DNA of 64,000 nucleotides from assembly GCA_964016885.1 (NCBI GenBank), contig OZ024742.1, forward strand, positions 182,590,001-182,654,000, written 5' to 3'. This document shows, piece after piece, positions 1 to 15,800 of this stretch; position 1 is the stretch's first letter, and each line of letters opens with the position of its first letter. Source of the DNA: Eledone cirrhosa. Taxonomy: Eukaryota. Position numbers and translations under genes: made by a program. The notes beneath the pieces are model-generated. The model did no database searches. It saw only the letters and a list, made by a program, of their open reading frames with translations, and had not been told where the DNA came from.

Positions 1-2230
1 TAAAAATATAAAACACTTTAATACACGGCTTTGTATCGTAGAACCGGACTCGGGGTGCTTTTAGGCGCGTTCATGCTACGAAGAATATATCATATCTTAG
101 CTTTATTTGGAATGTTGAAGTTCTTCTTTATGTCCATATTGTTATGTTTAATATTACCAATTATTTCTAACTATTTCATAAAGCTGGTATGGAGGCACAG
201 TTGAATAAATGGACTAAAGTACTTGACTGATATTTATCTTATTGACCGGGAGAGAACATGAACTATCATAAGACTTTTGTCAGGTACTCAACTGATACTG
301 CACTTCCCTGTCCTTTTGTCATAGATACAATACACGTACTAGCCAAGGGATGAAGAAGTTTATTTTGCAAATATGATGACCCAGGTTTGGCCAACCTATG
401 TAGCATCTGGTGTAGGTTTCCTCATCATAGCCATGTCAGTGAAATTGGGTAGACGAAAACTGTCAAAACAAGTCGGATGGATTATATCTTTAACTCAAAA
501 GTCAAGCCTTGTGTTACGCTTATTTTACTTGGGAATTGCCTTAAAGGTACACGAGACTGCGGAAGATTCAGCTATTTGCACGTCCATTCACTCCTCCTCC
601 TCCCGCTACGTAAAATTGCTGCTCTAGCTAGAAATGCTAGTTAGATCATTTATATCAGCGAGAAAATATCCTTCATTTATCATGAGAATGAGTACACTAG
701 AGGGTTACTAAGTGCGGAATGATAATTTGATAACATATTATCTGTTCTACAGCTGGTTCTAAAGTCACATACCTTACGTGGGAGAATAGAGATAAAGTAT
801 AGTGTTGGGAAATAAATTTTAGCAATCCAATAGATGTTAGGGTAATAAATAAGTGCAATATCAATAGACGTGAATCAGGATTGAAATCGTGCTTACAGTC
901 TCAGCTTCTATTTCGTTGTGTGTTCCTCGGTAAAGTACTCATAAGAAGGAGGTAGAGAGTGAGATAGAGGACATGAGAAACAAATATACAGGAAGAATCA
1001 ATCCCAGTACTGGTACTTAATTTATCGAACAATGAAAGGCAAAGTTCATCTCAATGGTTTTTGATCCCAGAGCGCAGAGAGCCGGAACAAATACCGCAAA
1101 GCATCCTGTCCAAAGTTCTAATGACTTTGCCACTTTTCCGCTTGTCACATGTTTCTACTGAAAGCTATTTGTCTTCAGCATCTGTCTTTTAATATATTTA
1201 ACGTACTTCTCTCCTCATACGGAGAGGTGGAAATCAAAGTTGATCCTCTGCGGATTCCGTACGTATATATACGTAAATAACTACCGCAAGTCATTTTGAA
1301 ATTTACTTTAATCCATAGATCTCTTATACTGACAAATATAAAGACATATAGGAACTTGCTTCTGAAGTAACATGCTTATGTCTAGTGATGTAGAAACGTT
1401 CGAAATTGTCTCCCTTACTTGTTTGACCGCTAATCCTCAATATTAAGCCTAACCAACAATTAAGCACTACTGCAGTTATTTCTGATGTTTAGCATCGTTG
1501 GAAATAAAGTTCTTAGTTTATTGCTTTCAGAGAAGCATACCTAATATATTTGAATCAATCCAAATAAGAGTTTCTTTACAAATAAATCTTTTGCAATATT
1601 AAAGCCAATGCTTCTTTGTCAGTTTGTTGCGCTGGGATAAAGCAGAGTTCTTTCCATGCTCAGTACAACAAAGGCGTAACAATATAACATAATATCAATG
1701 TAAAGAAATAACAAAGCAGCGGTGCTCCAGCATGGACTTAATGGTGATCTCTAATTTAAGGTAAAGAACGTTGCTCTCTGTAAAAACACCCCACCCACAA
1801 AAAAAAGAAGGAAATGCAAGTAAACAAAACCCAAACAGTTGGCGAGCATTGTAACAACGACTGGGTATCAATTAATATTAGGTAAGCCAAGTGGAATGAA
1901 CTGTTTTCACAGTGGGGAATCCTGTAAATAGATGACTTACTGTATAGTCCCCAGAGAAAAGCCACCGTGCAAGAACAATACAAGCATCCCTGTGGATAGA
2001 GAGTAAAATATCTGAGAGTCTGTCAATGAACAGAAGATGGTGATATCATTCCACTTTGATAATTCCGATATTGTAGCAGACACAATATGGACTTCTTATA
2101 TTCCAGTGTTTTTTTGTTTGTTTGTTTGTTTTGATTATTTTTTTGCTTTTCTTTTTCTTTCCCTCCTTTTCACTATTTCTGTTTAACTATTTTTTCAAGC
2201 AAACACACACACGCTGTCTCTGTGCGTATG

Positions 2231-2752
<522 letters not shown>

Positions 2753-2755
<3 letters not shown>

Positions 2756-2993
2756 TATTTATACGTACATACATATATGTATACAGACGTACAGTAGTAT
2801 GCATATATATATATACATACATGCACACGTATATATATATGTACGTATGGATTCACCAAACATTTTATATAATATATAATATATATACATACTACTGTAC
2901 GTCTGTATACATATATGTATGTACGTATACATACTTATATTTAAGTAACAGCCGTACTAAGAGTGGGAAATGAAATTTCGTTTCATGTTTTCC

Positions 2994-2997
<4 letters not shown>
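2753..2997 (+). mobile_element. Fold-back mini-element family H between (TA)n tracts
   Basis: Arm AAGTATTTATACGTACATACATATATGTATACAGACGTACAGTAGTATG is inverted at about 2887-2940, followed by a roughly 55-nt tail (GAGTGGG) and (TA)n. Confidence 0.55.
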
Positions 2998-3059
<62 letters not shown>

Positions 3060-3103
3060 TGTTGTAATCAAGGCTATGCAATCCCACATCAGTGAAACAT
3101 ATA

Positions 3104-3301
<198 letters not shown>

Positions 3302-3675
3302 CATAGATATATACATATATATATATGTATGTATGTATATATATATGTATGTATGTATAATATATATATATATATATATATACATATAATACATATATTA
3401 TACATACATACATATATATATGTATATAGTATATATATATATATGTGTGTGTGTATGTATATATTTATATATATATATACATACATATATATACATAAGT
3501 CGTAAGGTTGTGAGTTCGATTCCTGGACCAGGCGATGCGTTATGTCCTTGAGCAAGACACTTTATTTCACGTTGCTCCTTCTACCTGGAGTTGCGACCGA
3601 TAGATAGTATTAGCAATTGGAAAGACCAACGGAAACATTGTTTCCTCGGTCCGATTTGACGAAAGTCGATCGTTC

Positions 3676-3889
<214 letters not shown>

Positions 3890-3900
3890 CATATATATAC

Positions 3901-3976
<76 letters not shown>

Positions 3977-4583
3977 GTATATATATATATATGTATATAT
4001 GGATCTGTATATATGAAAGTATATGTGTATATATATATATTGCTACATGTACGTATGTGTCTATGCATGCACGTATGTATGGATAGATAGATAGAGGGAT
4101 GGCTGGATGTGTGTGTATATATGTATATGTATGTATATATATATATTGGTACGTATGTATGTATGTATGTATGCATGTATACATGTATGTATGGACAGAT
4201 GGGTGGCTGGCTAGCATGATGTATATATATATGTAAGTGTATATGTATGTGTATATATGTTGGTACATTTATATAAGTGCATATGCATGTGTACATGTGT
4301 AGGTACACCCCCCCCCCCCCACACACACACGTATGTATATGTATATATATATATAAATATATCTGTGTGTGTGTATTGGTAGGTGGAGTGGGTGTGGAAG
4401 TGGTTTCTTTCAAGAAAGCTTCTTTCAGAGAGTTGCCAATCACGTGAGATTGATTGACAGATGAATCAGAAGAAAAAATAGCACAACAAAGCACACGTAC
4501 ACACTAAACCGCACTCTCACACACACATACCATACACACACATATACAAACACATAAGCACGTACACGCAAATCTCAATGTAT

Positions 4584-4658
<75 letters not shown>

Positions 4659-4687
4659 TATATATATATATATACGTATATATATAT

Positions 4688-4764
<77 letters not shown>

Positions 4765-4769
4765 TATAT

Positions 4770-4807
<38 letters not shown>

Positions 4808-4819
4808 CATATATATATA

Positions 4820-4969
4820 GAAGAAAGTATGACCCCGACGGCAGAGCTCAAGCCATTTCGACGGCTATTTCTGGACTCAGTCGAAACGACTTTCTCATAT
4901 TACCCACTCTACAACCCTAAGTATTGAGTACTCTGGTGCGTTATGGTTCCTTACCACAACACCTTCGTT
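4820..4969 (+). mobile_element. Family A copy, internally deleted
   Basis: Left arm (GACCCCGACGGCAGAGCTCAAGCC), a partial right arm and the tail, between (TA)n and (CA)n(TA)n. Confidence 0.75.
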
Positions 4970-5015
<46 letters not shown>

Positions 5016-5065
5016 TTATTTTAAAACCTTTTCTCTATTTGCTAGACCTTGATTATATATATATG

Positions 5066-5143
<78 letters not shown>

Positions 5144-5580
5144 CATATATATATAATCAAGGTCTACCAAATAGAGAAAAGGTTTTAAAATAATTTCTTT
5201 TAAATTTGCTGTACTTACTATATGGGCCTTTACCGCGGTTTCATGCTCCAGAATAAACGGAAAGTCCAAGCGGATTTCCATTGAGGAGGGAGCAATCTTC
5301 AGAAGGCTCTTCTCACTCGGAGAATATAAAATTCCCGAGTTCAAATCCCAAACTGACGCCATACAAAACCATTCCCAAATGAGAGCGGATGATGAAAGAA
5401 ATAATTCTGTCTGGTGCCGTGTGCAAAGACAAAAGGCAGGGTGCACAGGTCAATGTCCTGCCACTAGAAATAGCAGCTGTCCAAACGGCCAAAATTTTAT
5501 CTCTACCTTAGGGGGACATCAAGAATAATAAAGTATGAATTCCTATGAATAATAACATATGTATATATACTGTATATATA

Positions 5581-5740
<160 letters not shown>

Positions 5741-5866
5741 GGGATAACAAGTTATCTTTATAAGCAATCCACTTAGAGGTAGTCCAGTTAGAGTATTCCG
5801 TGTTGTGGATGGTATTAACGTGAATAAAGCCCTTATTGTACAGACAGCCATGTAACTCTTATTTCT

Positions 5867-5902
<36 letters not shown>

Positions 5903-6078
5903 AGCCTTAAGTTGGACGTAAATCAATCTACACTATAAGCATCTGTATACAGATACAAATATACACATACACGTGTATGTGTATATTTCCAAAAATGTTG
6001 TCCCAGAAGTAAGTTAGAAAGCCAGTTTCTATAGAGTGCTGTAAATCCGTGCGTCACCTCTTACTTACATGCATACAT

Positions 6079-6198
<120 letters not shown>

Positions 6199-6364
6199 GC
6201 ATATATGGGGCAATATGGGGAGGTGAAAAGGAGAGGACAGGAGGAGGAGAGTAAAGAATTTGAAGACAATGGAAGATGAAAGTAAGATTTACGAAAAAGC
6301 AAAAAAAGCAACGATGATAAAAGGACGGAAGAAAACGACGGAATAATTAGTGTTGTTATTGATG

Positions 6365-6419
<55 letters not shown>

Positions 6420-6647
6420 CAGCAGCAGCAGCAGCAAAGAAAGAAGTATAAAAACAGGAAGACAATATAGATGAGGGTGAATAGCGAGTGAAAGCAACAT
6501 ATTGCATTACTGTAAGAAAAACTAAAGATTATCTTCATCACTTACTGTGCATGACCCTAACTTTAGATCTACTACATTACTCTGACCACTTACAGTGCAT
6601 GGTACCATCAACTGAACTACTGTTTTACTGACACCAGTCAGCCGGGA

Positions 6648-6894
6648 GACGCGTTGCCTAGTGGTAAGGGTGTTGGACTTATGATCATAATGTCGTAGGT
6701 TTGATTCATGGGCTGGGTTGCGTGTTTTGTTCTTGAGTAAAAGACTGAAAATGAGTACCAGCAATAGCTGGGGGTTTTAACCCTGCGATGGACAGGCGTC
6801 TTGTCCAGAGGGAAGTCTTGTACTCTCAGTCGCTTCACGCCATAAAACCGGGATAAGCACCGGCCAAATGAGCCTTCTGGCTTAAGACAGACTT
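6648..6894 (+). mobile_element. tRNA-derived SINE (family 2-related head) with 12-bp TSD
   Basis: GCCTAGTGGTAAGG box A, GGTTTGATTC box B and GTTCTTGAGTAAAAGAC. TSD AGTCAGCCGGGA at 6636-6647 and 6895-6906. Confidence 0.75.
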
Positions 6895-7048
6895 AGTCAG
6901 CCGGGACCACGAGGCTGGCTGACACTTAACCTGCATTGAAAGGCTTGAAGACAGTTACACCAATGCTGTCATTTGACAAAATGTATATGCACTCTATATA
7001 TGTAATATGATGCACTTCTAACAGAACAACAGATTAAACATCAATAAT

Positions 7049-7102
7049 TGTTTCTACTTTTGGCACAAGGCCAGCAATTATCTAGTGTATTACTGGTACT
7101 TT
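7049..7102 (-). mobile_element. 54-bp 3' fragment of family-1 SINE with 16-bp TSD
   Basis: TSD ATTAAACATCAATAAT at 7033-7048 and 7103-7118. Confidence 0.8.
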
Positions 7103-7436
7103 ATTAAACATCAATAATGGAACCTGTAAAGAAATGTGGTAAACATATTTATACTGTATTACTTTGACCATTTAAACTCTATGACAGCATCTACACTTAC
7201 AGTGTATAATACTTGATATAAATCGTCGTTTTTGTTTAGAGTGGAAAACTTATATATAGGATACCATCACAGTTAATATATCTATGTGATAATAAATTTA
7301 CACATATACCCTGTTCCGGTTACCACTTTACTGTATATATACTGCCATATGTTTATCGCATACTTCAGTTGCTCAGCGCACAACTTATATATTAAAATTA
7401 ACTACCAACAGAAGCGCTTATAATATGCAAATTAAT

Positions 7437-7494
7437 TGTTTCTACTTTAGGCACAAGGCCAGCAATTATCCAGTACATTACTGGTACTTTATTT
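7437..7494 (-). mobile_element. 58-bp 3' fragment of family-1 SINE with 16-bp TSD
   Basis: TSD TAATATGCAAATTAAT at 7421-7436 and 7495-7510. Confidence 0.8.
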
Positions 7495-9050
7495 TAATAT
7501 GCAAATTAATACAACCATTTCAGTGATACCACTGTAAGCGGTATAATCATATGCCACTCACTTATGTATTTTGTTATGTATTTTGTTGTTTTAGCTTATA
7601 TACATATTTTTGGAGGAGAACCCCAAAAGATTCGAAAATCCTTTAAATATGTGGCGGGTGGGAATCTGTAAATTCGTCATATAGATTTCCCTGTAAATTG
7701 AAAGCATACATACATAAGTAATTACCTGACAGGTTGATGGCTGTCTCCTCAATTTCGAATGTGTCCACCGTCTGATAAGTCTCAGTTCTCCCTACAATTC
7801 AATGAACTGAAGGTAATTCTTAAAACATGCCAGTGAACGACACCATTTGCTGCAAATCAAGAAATACTGGTCAGATGCATTTACCAGAAATATGTTAGTT
7901 GTTTTTTTTTAATACTCCTGCATGTTTACACAGACAATTAATACATTTTTAGGTAAGATTTTAAGCAGTCATCATAACAGAGCTTTGTTTTTGAAGCGTT
8001 GCATTTGTTATTTTGTAGTTTGTCATTTCAATTGAGAGAGATGAATCGTCCATATGAACAAAATGACAAGACTAATATAAACAAATGTTGTTATGGTTAT
8101 AAATTCGATACATGTACGTATATATACTACCTTGTTGAGCTTGACTAAATTCAAAGGAAAGGAGTTGTGTCTGCAGTGGAAATCGGTTCTTTCTCAAGTG
8201 GAGTCAAATACGAAAGATTCAACCCAAAGAACATACACAAATACACACACACATAGATACATACGTACATACATACATGCATGCATCACATATATACATA
8301 CCTACGTACATACATGTATGCATGCGTACCCACACACGAATGTTCGTATGTATATACATACATAAGTGCATGCACATGTAGGTTTGTAACTACGGATTTG
8401 CATAAAGACCTGGGAATTCTGGAATCGTATAAGTAAGAACAAAGACTTGTATCCTACACATTCAATTGAGTAGCGGTACAGCGAAGTGTTGTAAGAAATT
8501 CAAGTTTGAATTTCCTATAATGAACGCATGCGCATTACCACATATGACATACATACATATGGACAAACGTACACCAAAATTAATTCGCACATATACATAC
8601 ATGCATACGCACGCACACACACACACATACATACACACACACAGACACACAGATACACACAAACACTCGTGTACTAGAGATAAGTCCTCTCATAACAATG
8701 TATGTATTTCATACACCTACATATAAACACATGTTAACTCACAGATGCATTTGCATATATGGATACATTAACTTACATATACACATTGACATACATATAC
8801 ATCAACTCACATGGTTACAAATCTCTAGAACCATCGTGACACAAACAAAAATATCTTGTAATTTTGTATGGGAATTCTATTTAGAGTGATATAAATCTCA
8901 AAGAAATACATACATGCATACATACGTACGTACATACATATGTACGTACATGCATACATACATGCATGAATTCATACATACGTACGTACATACATGCATA
9001 TATATATATTTATATATATATATATGCATGTATGTACGTATATATATATA

Positions 9051-9252
9051 TGAAGGCGTGTGGCTGAGTGGTTAGCGAATTGGATTCACAATCTTGAGTT
9101 CAATTCCTGGACCGGGCGATGCGTTATGTCCTTGAGCAAGACACTTTATTTCACGTTGTTCCTTCTACCTGGAGTTGCGACCGATAGATAGTACTAGCAA
9201 CTGGAAAGACCAATGGAAACATTGTTTCCTCGGTCCGATTTGACGAAAGTCG
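9051..9252 (+). mobile_element. tRNA-derived SINE family 2 with unique 3' extension (other family-2 copies at about 3497-3672, 18640-18890, 31137-31255; minus copies at about 26575-26700, 40430-40680)
   Basis: GAAGGCGTGTGGCTGAGTGGTTAG...GAGTTCAATTCC...TGTCCTTGAGCAAGACACTTTATTTCACG, with a V/CORE-like central motif. Confidence 0.75.
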
Positions 9253-9270
9253 AAAGACAAAAAAAGAAAG

Positions 9271-9303
<33 letters not shown>

Positions 9304-9730
9304 AAGAGAGAGAGATACATATGTACGTATATGCATATATACATATTTACATGCATACATGCATAGATACATATATACATACATACTTATATATATACAT
9401 ATATACATACATACATACAAGCATAATATATATATACATACATATATATATGTATATATATGTTTGTGGGGTGGGGGGCATGGGTATGTGTGTTTGTCTG
9501 TGTCTATAACTGTTAGTATGCAGCTATTACGAATGTGGACTATATACTTGGTCTTTATGCTGTAAGCCGTATGTTTGTATATCTAATTAAATCAAATGTG
9601 ACATGAATTCAATTTTACTGTTTTAAACATTAATACATATTTACTCAACGCTCTAGTCTCATTCCTATGCATACGCTCATGCACACATAAATACAAATAC
9701 ACACACACACACATACACATACACACACAC

Positions 9731-9774
<44 letters not shown>

Positions 9775-9887
9775 GTATATATAAACTAATATATCTCTTC
9801 TATTTACTGTATCGTTTGCTTTGTTATTCCTGTTTACTTTTTACATGCATACATACATACATGCATATATATATATACATACACATA

Positions 9888-10024
<137 letters not shown>

Positions 10025-12504
10025 GTGTTTGTGCACATGAATATTTTTTTCAATTGGACATAATAAGAATCACAATTTGTTATCCTATGATAAAACAAGT
10101 TAATAAATAATCTAATGTATATGATTTATATCTGACATTGTTCAATTTAATTAGCAATAAAGAAATTAATAAACTCTCAGCTTAAATTAACATATTTTTT
10201 ACATGTATTTTTAATTTTACTGCTCTATGTAAACTAATCATTCGCACAGCAATTATAAAGATGTTTTATGTAGTATTTTTTTAAGGTTCAATTATGTCTT
10301 CTTTGTGTGTTGCACTTCTCTGTTATTGTTGATGTTGTGCTTGCTATTGTTATTGTTGTTGTTGTCGTTGTTATTGTTATTATTATTATTGCTATTATTG
10401 CTATTATTATTATTTTTATTTTGCGGTTTGAGGCGATTTAATTATTTTTTCATTTTCTGTATATATAGAACAATTTTGTTGGGTTTATTTTTCGTGTGGA
10501 GGATGATGGGGAAGACTAGTGAAAGGAATGTAGACATTTTGAGGCTGCCTGATTTTTATTATATGAAATGAAATATATTAGTACCCAACTGGGAATCGAA
10601 ACTGGATAGATTCCTCAACTTTTTGCTCCCTCCCCCGTTTCTTTATATATAGTGTTGGTTTCGTTTCGTTTAAAAAAAAGAACACGAGGGAATTCTTCAA
10701 TTGACTTAATTCGTGACTATTATTAGCTGTTGTCATGTGGAGGATTGCTAGATTAATTTCATAAACATTTCACTTTTACATATAAAGATTAGCCCTATGA
10801 TAGCAACCAACCTAAAACAGTCTATGGTTCTATAAAACAAACCACACATTTTAAAGAGTTCCTAGTTAGATAACATCTTCCAATATAACATAACTTCATA
10901 TAAGAATTCTTTATAACATTGGCACAAGGTCAGCAATTTGGGTGAAGGTTAAAGTCGATTATATCGACCCCAGCACTTATTTGGTACTTTATTTCTTTGA
11001 CTTCTGAATGATGAAAGGCACTTCAACTCAAAGCTTAGAAAGTCGTGACTAAATACCACAAAACATTTTTTCTGACACTCAAGCGATTCTTCCAACCCAT
11101 CGAACGCAATGCCATTTTAACAATAAAATAAATAATAACTGTAGTCAAATTCCTCATTTGTTTACATATTTCTAATGAGATAAAATGTATTTCAATAGAA
11201 ATATGTTAAAGAAAGTACTAAATAAAGTCTACAAACTCACTATCACCGGTTTCTTGGGGCTTTGTTTTCATCTCTATGAAATACAATTATTTAATCTAGT
11301 TCTTCATTGAATTACCATTCTTCACGTGTAATGGAAATTGTGAAGAGTGGGATAAGATTAATCCCTTGAATTGACCCCACTATATTTCTAGTATCAACTA
11401 TATGGAACACATTCTCTGTCAAGCGCAAAATCGTTAACACCGTTCGAAGCAGTAGCTGCAAGATTTTTGTAACATAATTTACGCCGTTTCAAATTTGATT
11501 TTAATGACTCTTTGTATCTTTTCTTTGGCTTACTATTGATGTTCTTTCCCAGCATAAGCTCACCGTTTGCTTGTGAATGCGCTCATCATGCATACGGATG
11601 AGATGGCCTGTCTATCGTATTTAATTCCTAATAAATATGACTTAGATTGATGTGATCCTACCTTCAGCGAGAACTTCTTTGTGAGGACCAGCTTATTCTG
11701 GGTATGTGGTGGGGGGATTTCTGACGAAATATTTACAAAATGTTTACATGACGCGTGCAAATGAAAGGAAATATTTATCCTCATGTTGATGACTTATCTG
11801 GAATGCTGGCAACAAAGGGACTCCAACAAAGAAACTGAAGAGCGAAATGGTGGTGTTAAAACGGAGGGTATATTACGTCTATCACTTCGAGAGCCTTTCA
11901 CACAATTTCTGTCTTACAGTTTCTTTCACAAGTATTTGATCAATCCGAAGCTATGTTAGAAGACCTGACCATGTGACAATGCTGTAGGATTGGATCTGAA
12001 ACCACGGAGTCGTGAAGCGAAAGTATTATCCATAGAGACATGCTTGTACCCAATAGTAACAATGAAATGAATTGAATATGGTATCAAAGACAGTTTTATT
12101 GCTATTATTTTGTTTTAGTTTCAGTTATGGCTCTTTATTCTACATCTGTCAGTTCACGAGTGGAGTTGAATGGGCACGAAACCTGGCAAAATTAGCTATT
12201 CGTGTGGAGATTAATCTCTCATTTGCATCATGTAAGAAACTCGGACTTGGCTGACAAATATCCTGGGGCTATTTAATTAATTCCGAAAGATGGTGGTCAA
12301 ACATGGCATTCATCATCGTGGCTAAAACAAGCTGAAGAAATACTTGAAGTAAAACTTGCTAAACTCACTGTTCTAAATTTCGTTCCAGAATTTACATGAA
12401 TAAAGAGAGGGGAAATAGAAACTAAAACCTTAATTCTTTAGTCAAGTGATTTATATGGGCTTCATCATTAAATTCCATGGATTGGTTGGAGACAAACCTT
12501 ACCC

Positions 12505-12885
12505 TTTAGGAATGATTCTGCTGTAGATTTTAGAATGGGAGAATATTTTAGAATGAATGAAGAACACTGTTATAGCTTTTAGAATAAAAGAATAATTTTG
12601 TTATATATTTGTTAATGAGAGAATGGTTCTGCTGTAGATTTTACAATGAAAGATCAATTCTGTTGTAGATATCCGAACGAGAGAATATTTCTGCTGTAGA
12701 TCGTATTCCTACATTAGCTTATATTTCTGCTGTACATTTTAGAAGGAAAGAATAATTCTTTTATAGATTTTGCATCGAGAGAATAATTCTGTTGTAGCTT
12801 TTAATAATTCAAATTTTAGAATGGAAGAAGAATTCTGCTGTAGATTTTAGAATGAGAGAATATCTGTGCTGTAGTTTTTAGATTA
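12505..12885. repeat. Degenerate ~31-bp minisatellite
   Basis: Recurrent TTCTGCTGTAGATTTTAGAATGAGAGAATA, about 10 copies. Confidence 0.75.
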
Positions 12886-15800
12886 GAAAATAAGAAAGAA
12901 AGAAAAGGCGTGTAAGTGATGAAAAGTATTGAAAATGGTGGCCGTTGTTGCGACTATAGTGGAATCAGTTGTACAGTTGTAAATACCGTTAACATTTAGC
13001 TTCTACAGTCAGCTGTCTTCGCTAGTTCCGATATTGCATAAGCAGTAAATATAAATCTGTAAAACCGATCGATCACAGCTAACATATGAAAGCCAATTTT
13101 TTGTTTATTCATTTGTCGATGTCTTTAAACTACTTGCTGGCACTGACATTATTAATCAAAAGACTTGTGTATGTTGATATACACGGCCGCAAGCGTGTAT
13201 GTGGATGCAATGTATGTAATGTAATCTAGTGTATGTATGCATGCATGTATGTATATATGTATGCGTGTGTGTGTGTATGTGTATGTATGTATATATGTGT
13301 ATATATATGTATGTACGTATGTATGTATGCTTGAATGTATGTGTATATATGTTTATTTATGTACGTGTGTGTGTGATTGTGTGTGTTTGTGTGTAATTAT
13401 CTGTTATAGATATTGCTTTTAGAAACCTAGCTTGTTGGTTAAACAATGGGTGGACTGGAAATTCCACATATCATAAAGCATAGAAAACATAATTCTACCT
13501 TTCAATGTAATTTCTATTTACAAAACATTTCACGTGAGGTGTGTTGTTTAAAATACTAGGAGACTTTGTATTTAAACAACAGTAACATATAAAACTACAG
13601 TTGGAGCTGGGTTAAGGGAGAGGCATGTGGTGATGGATGGATTCTGATAGAAAAATAAAGAATCAACATTTTATGAAGGAATCCGTAAATCCATAAGAAT
13701 ACGGCCTGTGTGTAACATTTTAAATCTGGTGGATCTCATCCCCTGTCCAGACCTGAAGACAGCTAAATATTTTTTCAGAAGAAAGAGAGTGATTGAAAGA
13801 ATGTTACCAAGAGATATAGAGGAACAATCTACTCCAGTACTGAACTGGTACTTATTTTCAAAGGAATCAAAGCTAAAGTTGATCTCGTGCGATTTGAACC
13901 CAGAGAGAGCAAAGAGCGGAAACGATTATTGTAAAGTGTTCTATCCAAAGTTCTAACGTCTCTGCCAATTCACGGCCTCAATAATTTACATTAATCTGAT
14001 TAATATCGATGTTGGTTGGCATGACGACGCAATAGAAATACGTATTAGCTTAGTAAAAAATATCGACATTGTTATGTCTTCTAACGTTGTATTATGGAAG
14101 GTAGCATGTTGTTGTGTAATAAATAGATAATATATAATACATATTCATACATATCGACCTCTGTGTTATACTTTGATCAAAGTAAATGGCAAAACAGAAA
14201 CAAATATTTGGTTTAGATTTTTGCATTCAATATAATCTATATTTTTTATGAATGATTATTAAATAGCGTTTTAATTTATTTGAAATGTTTTCTTATATTT
14301 TTATCATATAAGAATAATATGAAAATAAAACTTATTCCGACATTACAGATGCTAGATAGGAAATTAAAGTACTTTGTGTTGCCAAATCAATAGCTTAAGC
14401 CTTTTGATACTAAGCCGCCTGCAACTGGCCTTGCTTCTGCGATAAAAAAAAAGTATTTATTTTCATATTTATATTCATCTAAAAAAAGCTTTCCTCATAA
14501 GTTTATGTATAATCGTTTCCTTAAGTTATGTTCCAAACAGTAGCTCAATAATAAGAAAGTTAGTAGTATTACTAAATACCACTAAATTGTTAATTATTTG
14601 AAAAAATCATTTGAAAATTGTACGTTGTATTTCATTAGGAATATGCTAATGAAAGGGTTAACCGATAACATACTGAGAGAGTGGTGGAATTATAAAGGTT
14701 TCTGTTCTGTTACTGACACTTCTTTGTTTCCATAACACAAATATTGTGCCAGTATTTGAAATGCTAAATGAACACTTGGACCTTGATAAAAACCTAAACA
14801 AAGCAATCTACCATTCCAGAATACTCTCTAAATTAAAGGAAATGGAAAACCGTAGAATGAAAAATATTAGTTCCAAAAGACGAAATGTGAGATAACATGA
14901 AATTCGTTTGGGGGGGGGGGGTTATTTTTTGTTATTTGTACAAGTTTTACGATAGTCCAATTACCTTTACCCTAAAATAGAAAGTGCGATAAGAAATGAT
15001 AATTTGAGGGGGTAGTTACTTAGAATCTATATTTAAATATTATGTACTGAAAAGTTCTGTACGACCAGTCGCTAACGAACTAGTAGATTTTCATCGTCAC
15101 TTTATTTGTCCTTCTTAAAATACAGACAAACTATCCTTTGATGTATATTTTCTGCACTGTAATCTTTCATAGGTACAGTGGTAACGTGTGACTTCTTTTA
15201 ATTAGCCGCTATCCGGCCATAACCTTTTCAATGCCTTACATGTTTATGAGGAACAACGCTTCTTTTATTCTATTTGCAACACGACTGAAATAACAACACA
15301 CCAAATGCACCTACAGTTGTTTTATTTTTACTAATTAAGCCATCTCGTTCATGTGGATTTGCCGTCTAGAAATAGGACGTTCTGAGCTGACGTGAGCTTC
15401 TTAAGAGTAGAAGGAATAATCTGTTATGAAGTCTCTCTGGGTTCCAATATCCAGCCATGGTATCAACGATTTAACAACCATGGAATGTTTTCCTATGAGA
15501 AAATCAAACAGCGTGCGTTTGTTATTACAACTCGAGCAAACATATAGATACGTGCTTGATGTTCAAATTAGGTCTATTTGATTCGAGTCAGGAAGAAAAA
15601 CATTTCACACCCCTTCCAAAATGAAAAAGAAAAACAAATGAAAAACTTCTATAAATACATTCATCTTTCAGCTTTTGTACTATATCCTAAACTATGACCC
15701 AGTTTCACCACAAAGGTTTTGTATCTAGTTAAAAGAAACTGATATTTCAATAGAGTTGTATGTAATTAAGGACTTCTCATATTAATTGTTAATTACTACT

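Noticed and set aside
7605-7795. Two adjacent minus-strand exon-like segments
   Set aside because: They are separated by only about 35 nt, one acceptor is weak, and no recognisable protein results.
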